Shown here piece after piece: positions 18,418 through 26,549 of a stretch of DNA of 64,000 nucleotides; within the stretch, counting starts at the first letter, position 1, and each line of letters begins with the position of its first letter. This DNA is from an uncultured Desulfatitalea sp. GTDB taxonomy: Bacteria; Desulfobacterota; Desulfobacteria; Desulfobacterales; Desulfosarcinaceae. Position numbers and translations under genes: made by a program. A model generated the notes under the pieces. It was not told the origin of the DNA. It was given only the letters and a program-made list of their open reading frames with translations, and searched no databases. The stretch lies in assembly GCA_963668675.2 (NCBI GenBank), contig CAXXMB010000001.1:704001-768000 (forward strand), in the 5' to 3' direction.

Positions 18418-20728
18418 AAGGTCTCTTCTTCTGAGGCTTGAGCCAGTTGTCTTTTTGGGCGTCGGCCAGCATGGCGGATAGGGGTACCGCTGCACGGTAG
18501 CCCAGTTCGCGATAAGCGTCGAACTGATTTTCGTCGAAAAACTGATCGCCGGTGGCCTGGTCCGGGAAACTGGCATGGCGGGCGCGATAGCCGTAAAGAT
18601 CAGCTGGCACATCGGTGAGCAGGGTGGATTTGATCAGGTAGATATGGCCGGTTTTGGCCGGGTACTGCTCCGTTTCCGGGTATTCGATGGTGCCGCAGGC
18701 GAAGCTTTTCTCCGCAAGATCGAATTTTTCGGCAAAAACATCATCCTTGTAAGACGATGGCAGCATGCTGCCGAGCGTTTCGTGTTCTGGCCTGAAACGG
18801 ATATAGGCGCCGAAATCGGACCGCACCCGCTCGATGGCGTTGGCCAGGTCCCCGAAGGTGAACTGCTCGTCGGCGCTGCCATCCGAGACGATGATGCTAT
18901 CCACCCGTCGGCGGATCAACTCGTAGATGCCCAGGTTTTCAAAGTGGCCGCCATCGGAGAGTTCGATGAAACGGCTTTTTTCCCTATGACCAACGCAGCT
19001 GAGAAGACTGCATAGGCCGGGGGTGATCAAATTGGGTGTCCTTTTTGGGGCCCCTTTGTCCGGGTTGGTGGCCCAGAATCCGAGTCGCAGGTTGAAGAAG
19101 GTCATAATGAACGAGACGAAGCGGTCGCAGGTGGGACCGACGCCGGAAAGGCCGGAGTGCGGGTTCAGGGCGGCGCCGGAGGTGGACATGGCCGTGGCCA
19201 GAGTCAGGCCCGATATTGTGTCACCGTCCGCTTTCATGAATCGGTCTGTAGCCCGGTATCCGGTGGCTTCGCTGCCGCAGAAGAGCGGTGAGAGCAGAAA
19301 GTTATCCCCACGGCGGTTTTTGTACTTTTTCGTCTCTGCCCTGAAGAGGATGATGTTGGTGTTGATCAGGTGGTAGGGCTTCCGAATCTTTACCTCTTCG
19401 CTGCACGGAACAATTTGTTTTTCAAGACACATGGTTTCAAGGAGGGCTTTGTCGCCTGAAACGGCTCGATCCCAGCGATTCGAGGCGACCGCCTCATCTT
19501 CAGGCAGGAAGGTCTCCATCAATCGGTCCCGATAGTGACTGCCCAAAGTCGAATCGTTCATGTTGATCAAAAAGCCGGCAGCTGCAGCAAGCAGGGCGAC
19601 AACGAGAAAACGGGATATGGGGTATCCGTCGGCTGCGGCTTCTGTTGTTGCCGGCATTTCCAGGAAGTTGAGACTTACATGATAGGCGACGGCCAATAGG
19701 CAGAAGATAAAAAACAGGGCGCCGGCACGAAAAAGCAGGCTGCCGATCCACTCTTTTTTGAACAGATTGGTCTTTCCCAGAAAGGTTCTCATCTTAGCCG
19801 AAGCCGCCCAGATACCGGAGAGATAACCGACAAGGCCCAGCAGTTTGATGCCTTCGGATACCGTTGTTTCGACGATGGGAATGACAGCAAGTACGATGGC
19901 GAAGAGCAGGATCACCATGAGGGTGCCTTCTGCTCGCTGTAGCCGCAAACGCAGATCATAGCCTTCAATCATGATGCGGGGGAACAGGCGCTTTAAAAAT
20001 AGTGTGACGTAGAAGAGCATCGCCAACAGCGTGGCCAAAATCGGCAGAAGGATGATGACAACCTTGGTAAAACGAAAGAGGGAGTGATTTTTCCAGTTCG
20101 GTAGTTGCACCGCGGAGGCCGTTTCGCTTTTGGCATCCGGTGTGCTCTCACTCGACAAAAAGCGGTCGACGATGGGGTCGGCAACCTGCAGGACACTGTC
20201 CACAGTGGCGTCGACAAATGGGAGTTGGGTAACGGCTATCAATAAGGTCAATGCCACCGTGATCAGAAAAAAGTAGATGAGTGCAGAGACAATCAGGCTG
20301 CGGATCAGTACGGAAATGGTGGAGATGGCGTTCAAGCCGTTGCCGGGAAAGAGGTAGTTGCCGTGCTGGCGCAGAAAAGAGATGAAGTCGGGTTTGCTTG
20401 AAGGGTCGCTGTCTTTTTTGCCAAAGGGTTGAGTGTCATCGAAAAACCGATCACCTTCCCCGGCATGATGTTTTCTGAACCAGGTCAGGGCGGCGCCGAT
20501 ATAGCCACCACCCGATACGGTAGAGAGGTAGTCTGCGCGATGCAATATGTGGTGGGCCATGAGCGCCTGGAGGACCCCCAAACCGAAGGAGGCGCTGCGG
20601 ATGCCGCCGCCCGAAAGAGCGATGCCAAGGGTCTTTTGGCCGTTTTTGATGCCGAGTGCTTTTTCCTCTTTTTCCCGCACATCCTGGAAGGTTACCGTCT
20701 CAATGGTAGTGTCGTTATCGCCGGCCAT
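18404..20728 (-). CDS. Multi-pass membrane patatin/cPLA2-like phospholipase
   Basis: GIALSGGGIRSA oxyanion loop, YLSTVSGGGY catalytic Ser, LSDGGHFENLG Asp; central TM helices; GGAGG RBS before ATG 20728. Confidence 0.85.
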   Translation of the reverse strand: MAGDNDTTIETVTFQDVREKEEKALGIKNGQKTLGIALSGGGIRSASFGLGVLQALMAHHILHRADYLSTVSGGGYIGAALTWFRKHHAGEGDRFFDDTQPFGKKDSDPSSKPDFISFLRQHGNYLFPGNGLNAISTISVLIRSLIVSALIYFFLITVALTLLIAVTQLPFVDATVDSVLQVADPIVDRFLSSESTPDAKSETASAVQLPNWKNHSLFRFTKVVIILLPILATLLAMLFYVTLFLKRLFPRIMIEGYDLRLRLQRAEGTLMVILLFAIVLAVIPIVETTVSEGIKLLGLVGYLSGIWAASAKMRTFLGKTNLFKKEWIGSLLFRAGALFFIFCLLAVAYHVSLNFLEMPATTEAAADGYPISRFLVVALLAAAAGFLINMNDSTLGSHYRDRLMETFLPEDEAVASNRWDRAVSGDKALLETMCLEKQIVPCSEEVKIRKPYHLINTNIILFRAETKKYKNRRGDNFLLSPLFCGSEATGYRATDRFMKADGDTISGLTLATAMSTSGAALNPHSGLSGVGPTCDRFVSFIMTFFNLRLGFWATNPDKGAPKRTPNLITPGLCSLLSCVGHREKSRFIELSDGGHFENLGIYELIRRRVDSIIVSDGSADEQFTFGDLANAIERVRSDFGAYIRFRPEHETLGSMLPSSYKDDVFAEKFDLAEKSFACGTIEYPETEQYPAKTGHIYLIKSTLLTDVPADLYGYRARHASFPDQATGDQFFDENQFDAYRELGYRAAVPLSAMLADAQKDNWLKPQKKRPSTSV

Positions 20729-20738
20729 TGCACACCTC

Positions 20739-22352
20739 CTATTCGAACAGCATTTCGAGATAGTCTTTGGAGATGGGGTCGATGCCTTCAAATTGGTGGT
20801 CGGGCGAGTCGTTGCGCTTGGCGATCTGAGTTCTCAGGCGGTCGGCAACGGTTTTGCCCAACTCAACGCCGAACTGATCGAACGAATTGATGCCCCAGAT
20901 AAATCCCTCGTATACGGTGCGTGCCTCGTAGAAACTAAGCAGCCGGCCGATGTTGATCGGCTCGAGGTCTTCGAGCACAATGACCGATGAGGGACGATTC
21001 CCGCTGAAGTATCGTGCGCGGTCGTCGTGGTCGCGTCCTTCGGCAAGGGCGGTGGCCTGGGCCAGGAGGTTGGCCCAGAGCTCCTGGTGGTTTGTGACGC
21101 CTTTGGAGCGGGTGGTGTATTGGGCGTATTGGGGCTGCCGAACGCCGATGAAATCGATGGGAAAGGGGTTTCCCTGATGGGCGAGTTGGAAAAAGGAGTG
21201 CTGGGCATTGGTGCCAGGCTCTCCGAAGATGACCACGCCCGCGGGACGGGGCAGGGGGGTCCCCTTGATATCAACCGCTTTGCCGTTGCTCTCCATGTTG
21301 AGCTGCTGGACATGGGGCGCCAGTTTGGAGAGCGGCGACGCGTAGGGAATGATGCCCTGCTGCGGATAGTTCAGATAGGTGGTGTTCCAGACCGATATCA
21401 AGGCCGCCAGGAGGGGAAGATTCTCAGCCGCCGGCGCATTGCGGGAATGCTCGTCCATTTCGGCGGCGCCCTGCAGGAAGGCTTCGAATCGGTCGTATCC
21501 GAGCAGAAGGCTTAACGGCACGCCTCCAACGGCAGAGGAGACGCTGTAGCGTCCACCGATGTAATCGAACATGTGGAACGTCTGCAGTACGGGACGGCTG
21601 GGATCGTCTCCGGGACTCCCTTTGGCGGTTACGGTGACTGTGTGCTTGGCGGGGTCGATGCCTTGATCGCGCATGAACTGCTCCGCCAGGTGGGTGTTGG
21701 CGGAGGTTTCTGCGGTGGTATAGCTCTTGGAGATAACGATCCAAAGCGTGGTCTGGGGGTCTATGTGCCGCACCACTGCACCGAAGTTGTGAACATCCAC
21801 GTTGGCGAGATAGTGAATGCTGATCTGCTTGTCGGCAAATGCCGCCAGCGCGGTGGAGACAAACTCGGTTCCCAGGTATGATCCGCCGATGCCGATCACG
21901 ATCACATGGCGAAAAGGTTGGCCGCTACCGCTCTTTATCTCGCCGGAATGAACCTGCTCGCTGAACCGTTTGATCTGTTGGCGTACGCCGTGGATATCGG
22001 GCATGACATTCTGACCATCCACGAGGATCTGCTCGCTGCCGAAATAGCGTGAGGCGGTGTGCAGGACAGCGCGCTCCTCCGTTACGTTGAGCTTGGCGCC
22101 GCTGCACATCTGAGCGAACCGATTGCGCAGGCCGAGGTGCGCGTCCAGGGAGGTTAGATCCTCCATGATGGCGTTGTCCAGCCGCTGACGGGCGTAATCG
22201 AAAAAGAGGCCGCCACCGGTAGCGGAGAACGCCTCAAAACGGTCGGGGGCAGCCAGCAGTTGTTTCAGGTGCTTCTCCGGGCGCTGCATGGCAGCGGCAT
22301 GCTTTTGAAGCTTGGCGTGAAGGTCGAGTTGGTCCAGGCGATAGGCTTTCAT
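20739..22352 (-). CDS. pgi: Glucose-6-phosphate isomerase
   Basis: IGIGGSYLG, SKSYTT.ET, GGRYSV.S, QQLNMESNGK, GTNAQHSFFQ, FDQFGVELGK; start uncertain (22352 or 22403). Confidence 0.95.
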   Translation of the reverse strand: MKAYRLDQLDLHAKLQKHAAAMQRPEKHLKQLLAAPDRFEAFSATGGGLFFDYARQRLDNAIMEDLTSLDAHLGLRNRFAQMCSGAKLNVTEERAVLHTASRYFGSEQILVDGQNVMPDIHGVRQQIKRFSEQVHSGEIKSGSGQPFRHVIVIGIGGSYLGTEFVSTALAAFADKQISIHYLANVDVHNFGAVVRHIDPQTTLWIVISKSYTTAETSANTHLAEQFMRDQGIDPAKHTVTVTAKGSPGDDPSRPVLQTFHMFDYIGGRYSVSSAVGGVPLSLLLGYDRFEAFLQGAAEMDEHSRNAPAAENLPLLAALISVWNTTYLNYPQQGIIPYASPLSKLAPHVQQLNMESNGKAVDIKGTPLPRPAGVVIFGEPGTNAQHSFFQLAHQGNPFPIDFIGVRQPQYAQYTTRSKGVTNHQELWANLLAQATALAEGRDHDDRARYFSGNRPSSVIVLEDLEPINIGRLLSFYEARTVYEGFIWGINSFDQFGVELGKTVADRLRTQIAKRNDSPDHQFEGIDPISKDYLEMLFE

Positions 22353-22374
22353 GGTGTAAGTCCTATGTATAAGC

Positions 22375-23013
22375 TTATGGGTTTTGGATGTCGGACAGGG
22401 CATCGTAGATATCTTGAACCATTTGGGCAGAGATCTGGGCTGCCGCTTCGCTCATGGCTACGGCCAGCGCAGCGGGCGTCTTGGCGGTACACTCTCGCTT
22501 TGCGGCATAACTTTTCTGGAGGATAACGCGGCGCGATACATCCGTCTCTCTGGCGTCCATCAGGGTAATACTGAGTTTAAGCGATGCCTGCCCTCGTGAA
22601 GTAAAATCCTCTTCGAGGAACGTCTCGACCCAGCCCTTGATGATGTGGGTTGGCAGAACAGTCGCATCGGGTGACAGTACCGCTTTGAACACCTCGCTGC
22701 TGCGAAGGTCGCGTCCGAGAAAAAAGGCCAGCATCTCACCCGGTGCTGCGATCCACTGGAAATGGGCATATGCATTGCGATGAAGACCTTTGTCCGCATA
22801 AATGATCCGTTGGGTATGAAAGGGCGGGGTTGCAGCAAAGCGGTCGACGCGCAGTACATTCATCAGTTTCGAGTTCTCCATCGGCACGGGCGATGGGTAG
22901 TCCAGGGTGTAGTAGTAGGTTGGCTTGCCTGCCTTGGATCCTGCGCAGGCGGCCAGCATGAAAAGGAGGGCGATAAGGGGAAGGTGGCCTGCTATGCGGG
23001 TTCGCCATTTCAT
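22375..23013 (-). CDS. ABC-type transport auxiliary lipoprotein (PqiC family)
   Basis: LAA|C lipobox, YYTL, ..QW..P motif; follows the MCE gene. Confidence 0.85.
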   Translation of the reverse strand: MKWRTRIAGHLPLIALLFMLAACAGSKAGKPTYYYTLDYPSPVPMENSKLMNVLRVDRFAATPPFHTQRIIYADKGLHRNAYAHFQWIAAPGEMLAFFLGRDLRSSEVFKAVLSPDATVLPTHIIKGWVETFLEEDFTSRGQASLKLSITLMDARETDVSRRVILQKSYAAKRECTAKTPAALAVAMSEAAAQISAQMVQDIYDALSDIQNP

Positions 23014-23032
23014 CTCGAGACGTATGCTCCTT

Positions 23033-24046
23033 TTAAGGTGCTGATGGTTTCTCTTCGGGCGGATCGCTGAAGACGATCTGGGAAGGCTCGGATGCGACCC
23101 GTTCCAGGAATTGGTTCAAGGTGTCGCTGGCCCGCTCGATGTGCTCTAAGGTCAGCGTGATTCGGCGTTGGACAGCATCGACATTGCGGTCCGTATTCTC
23201 CAGCATGATAGCGGCGTTCTGCATGGCGCGTCTGACTTCCAGAGCAGAAGCCTTGAGGTCTTTGGTGACCGCTTGGATATCACTGCCGCTGGATTCGATC
23301 ACCCCATCGAGCCTTCCCACGGTTTTCCGGATATCGCTGATGCCGCCATCCGCGTTGACGGCCATCTTGTTCACGTTTTCGGAGGTCTGTTCGAATGAGT
23401 TCAGCATTCGGTCCAGATTTTTTGCATCCAGCACCTTCTGCAGGTTTTTAAGCGTATCGCGAACATCAGCGACCATGGTATCCAACTGTGCGTCGTCCAG
23501 GGTTCGGTTGACCTTTTTCAGGGCCGTGGTCAGCTCATCTGAAATGGTTTTGGTGTCCAGCGCCCTGAAAATGGAAAACATGTCCTCCAGACCTTTGAAG
23601 AACTTGCTGATCTCGGACGGACGCGTGGGAAGCACCGGGTAGGGCGGTTTCAGGTCGGCAGATGGATAGATCAGGGGCTCATCACCCTTCTTCTGTTCGA
23701 GTTCGATGAACATCAGCCCGGTGATGCCGACCGATTTGAGTTGGGCCACAATCTGCTGGCCGGCCATTCCGTTGGGCTGCAGATCGGTTTCAATCTTCAT
23801 AACCACCTCGATAAGGCGTTCATTGGCGGCCACTCCGATAGCATGGACACGGCCGATGTAGACCCCCCTGTATTTGACCGGTGAATCCTTGTCCAGCCCC
23901 TGTACCGACTCATCGAAGTAGGCGACAAAGAGGCGTCCCTTTTCAAGGTAGTTCGACATGCCGAGCCAGATGATACCGACAACGACGATGGCGAGGCCTA
24001 AAATAAGGAAGATTCCGACGCTGAATTTTGTTCTTAACGTGGCCAT
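23033..24046 (-). CDS. mlaD: MCE/MlaD-family substrate-binding protein with coiled-coil extension
   Basis: N-terminal TM, SVQGL..DSPVKYRGV.IG.V, GITGL.FIEL. Confidence 0.88.
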   Translation of the reverse strand: MATLRTKFSVGIFLILGLAIVVVGIIWLGMSNYLEKGRLFVAYFDESVQGLDKDSPVKYRGVYIGRVHAIGVAANERLIEVVMKIETDLQPNGMAGQQIVAQLKSVGITGLMFIELEQKKGDEPLIYPSADLKPPYPVLPTRPSEISKFFKGLEDMFSIFRALDTKTISDELTTALKKVNRTLDDAQLDTMVADVRDTLKNLQKVLDAKNLDRMLNSFEQTSENVNKMAVNADGGISDIRKTVGRLDGVIESSGSDIQAVTKDLKASALEVRRAMQNAAIMLENTDRNVDAVQRRITLTLEHIERASDTLNQFLERVASEPSQIVFSDPPEEKPSAP

Positions 24047-24822
24047 ACGCTTCTTTGGGATATGCTCGCTTGACGGTTGAAAAACTGGCGCACCACCGGG
24101 TTGGGGCTTCGCTCCTTAAGCTCGTTGGGATCTCCCTGGGCCACCACGCCCTTAGCCGATTTATCCAGCATTATGATGCGATGCGCAACCTTAAAGATGA
24201 TGTTGAGTGAGTGGGTGATAATCACCATGGTCGTTCCGATGCTGTGGTTGATGCGCATCACCAGCTCTTCTATTTCGGCGGAGATCACCGGATCCAGACC
24301 GGCCGTGGGTTCGTCGAGAAAGAGTATTTCCGGATTGAGTGCCAATGCCCGAGCCAGGGCCGCACGCTTGATCATGCCGCCGCTCAGTTCGGATGGCAAA
24401 TGATTCTCATACCCTCCCAGGTCCACACTGCACAGCTTCATGTGTACCAAAGCGGCGATGGCTGAGGGGGGAAGATCGGTGTACTCCTGTATGGGCAGGG
24501 CCACGTTTTCGGCGATGGTCATGGAGCCGAACAGGGCGCCGCCCTGAAAGAGGATGCCGATTTTGCGCAGCGCTTTATCAAATGTCTCCTCGTCTCCGTT
24601 GGTGATGTCATAACCATCGATGACGATCTGCCCGCTGTGGGGCGGCAGCAGTCCCACCAGGTGGCGCAGCAGCGTGGTCTTGCCACAGCCGCTGCCGCCG
24701 ATGATCGCCAGGATTTCGCCCTGCTGGACGTCAAAGGTGACATCCTTGAGAATCGGCGTATCGCCGTAGCGCGCTTCAAGGTTGCGGACCTCGATCAATG
24801 ATGCGATTGTCTTCTCTTCCAT
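24034..24822 (-). CDS. mlaF: MlaF-family ABC ATPase
   Basis: GGSGCGKT, LFQGGALF.SMT, PSELSGGM.KRAALARAL, DEPTAGLDP. Confidence 0.9.
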   Translation of the reverse strand: MEEKTIASLIEVRNLEARYGDTPILKDVTFDVQQGEILAIIGGSGCGKTTLLRHLVGLLPPHSGQIVIDGYDITNGDEETFDKALRKIGILFQGGALFGSMTIAENVALPIQEYTDLPPSAIAALVHMKLCSVDLGGYENHLPSELSGGMIKRAALARALALNPEILFLDEPTAGLDPVISAEIEELVMRINHSIGTTMVIITHSLNIIFKVAHRIIMLDKSAKGVVAQGDPNELKERSPNPVVRQFFNRQASISQRSVWPR

Positions 24823-24823
24823 A

Positions 24824-25966
24824 TTACCAGTAGCTTCGAATGACTGCGAACAGCGAGTCGAAAAGGATGATGAGAAAGATGCCGCTCACCACGGCTGAAG
24901 TGGCGGCGTTGCCTACCTGCGCCGATCCTCCGCGTACCTCAAAGCCGCGCAGGCAGCCGATCCAGGCGATCAACGCGGCAAAGACGACGCTCTTCATCAA
25001 TCCCCAGATGAATTCGAACAGGGAGAGCGCTTTAATCGTTTGATCCACATAGGTGCTGACGGTCAGGTCCAGCATGGAGACGCTGATCACCATGCCGCCC
25101 ATGATGGCAAAGAGGTCCGAAAAGAGTGTCAGCAGGGGGACCACGAGTACGGCGGCGGCCATGCGGGGAATCACCAGGAAGAGGGTGGGGGAGAACCCCA
25201 TGGTAAAGAGGGCATCGACCTCATCCGAAATGCGCATGGTGCCGATTTCGGCGGCAAACGCCGATCCGGAGCGGCCGGCCACGATAATGGCCGTCATGAT
25301 CGGGCCCAGCTCGGAGACCATGGCCAAGCCCACCAGTCGGGCCACATAGACGCTGGCGCCGAACTGTTCGAGTTGAAGGCTGGAGACAAAGGCCATGATC
25401 AGACCGAGGAGAAAACTGATCATACCGACGATGGGCACCGCATCGACGCCGATCTTCTGCATGAACACGATGGTGTCCCCAATTCGCAGGCTGCGCGGAT
25501 GGCGGATCACGTGGATCAGGCAGAGGACCACTGATCCAAGAAAGGAGACCAGAAACCGGATGTTGTCGGCCACCTTCAAGGAGGCGTCGCCCAGCCGTAT
25601 GATCAGGTTGGCTGGCTTTTTGGGCGTGATGGGGGTGCACTGTTCCGGATGATCGAAATTTGCCAGGGCCAGTATTTCCGACACTTTTGGGGGAGGCTGC
25701 ACAATACGGAAGGGAACATTTTTCCCATTGAGATAGTTGCGCAACTCAGAAAGGACCAGTACGCCGAAATCGTCGAAATAGCTGACCCGGTTGAGGTCGA
25801 AAGTGACCTGGGGCGGTTGTTTGGTCTTGATTTCAGAGAGGAGCTGTTTGAGCAGATCGGCGGCAATGCGGTGGTCGATACGACCAAGCAGTTGAATGCC
25901 GAAGGCGCCATCCGGGCTGGCCATTACTTTATAGGCGTCGGAATCGGCTTGGACGGCATCGGTCAT
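24824..25966 (-). CDS. mlaE: MlaE-family permease with N-terminal STAS domain
   Basis: ELGPIMTAIIVAGRSGSAFAAEIGTM...E.DAL; VG.A.TSAVV; N-terminal STAS-like DL.RVSYFD.FG. Confidence 0.9.
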   Translation of the reverse strand: MTDAVQADSDAYKVMASPDGAFGIQLLGRIDHRIAADLLKQLLSEIKTKQPPQVTFDLNRVSYFDDFGVLVLSELRNYLNGKNVPFRIVQPPPKVSEILALANFDHPEQCTPITPKKPANLIIRLGDASLKVADNIRFLVSFLGSVVLCLIHVIRHPRSLRIGDTIVFMQKIGVDAVPIVGMISFLLGLIMAFVSSLQLEQFGASVYVARLVGLAMVSELGPIMTAIIVAGRSGSAFAAEIGTMRISDEVDALFTMGFSPTLFLVIPRMAAAVLVVPLLTLFSDLFAIMGGMVISVSMLDLTVSTYVDQTIKALSLFEFIWGLMKSVVFAALIAWIGCLRGFEVRGGSAQVGNAATSAVVSGIFLIILFDSLFAVIRSYW

Positions 25967-25981
25967 AGAGGCTCCTGGTAA

Positions 25982-26212
25982 TTACTTCGATCGCCACTCC
26001 TCAAGTTGCACCAACAGGGGCTCCCATCCCGGAATGGGACGGGCTGTGGAGATGCTTTGGGCCAGATAGCTCTGGATACGATCCAGGATGCTGCACGTGG
26101 TGGCACAACCTGGAAATTGTTGGCGGGATGCACACTCCCTGCAAGGGCTTTTTACCAGATGGCCCATCTCATAGTCCAGAACACGTTTTTTATATGATTT
26201 GCGTTGGGTCAT
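25982..26212 (-). CDS. Small Cys-rich hypothetical protein (76 aa)
   Basis: SPCREC-x8-CATTC motif; co-oriented and 15 bp upstream of mlaE. Confidence 0.7.
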   Translation of the reverse strand: MTQRKSYKKRVLDYEMGHLVKSPCRECASRQQFPGCATTCSILDRIQSYLAQSISTARPIPGWEPLLVQLEEWRSK

Positions 26213-26240
26213 TGAAAATTGTTCTTCAGGCTGTGGGTTA

Positions 26241-26337
26241 TAATCCTGCGAGTCCGGTGGGCGGTCTGCACCTCACGCAAACGCATGTAAGTGCAATGCT
26301 GACGAGGTGCAGACCGCCCACCGGACTCGCAGGATTA
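26241..26337. repeat. Perfect 34-bp inverted repeat with 29-nt spacer (REPIN/MITE-like)
   Basis: TAATCCTGCGAGTCCGGTGGGCGGTCTGCACCTC (26241-26274) and its exact reverse complement (26304-26337). Confidence 0.9.
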
Positions 26338-26368
26338 GTCGGGCTTAACGTGGTTTCGCAACCTATAC

Positions 26369-26461
26369 GGGCGGGCATGAAGCCCGCCCCTACAAACTTC
26401 GTTTAAGGCAACAGCACGTATTTTCAGCCAAATATCGTAGGGGCGGGCTTTACGCCCGCCC
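26369..26461. repeat. Inverted pair of GTAG-family REP elements
   Basis: GGGCGGGCATGAAGCCCGCCCCTAC (26369-26393) and GTAGGGGCGGGCTTTACGCCCGCCC (26437-26461): GTAG tag plus GC palindrome. Confidence 0.85.
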
Positions 26462-26549
26462 ATTCCATCCACTTAAGCTTATAAACATTCAAACATCAAG
26501 TCTGAATCCATATCATATTAAATCCATAATAACAACGGATGGTTGTCTC

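Noticed and set aside
26241..26461. Possible CRISPR array
   Set aside because: Repeats are inverted pairs, not direct repeats with unique spacers; no cas genes
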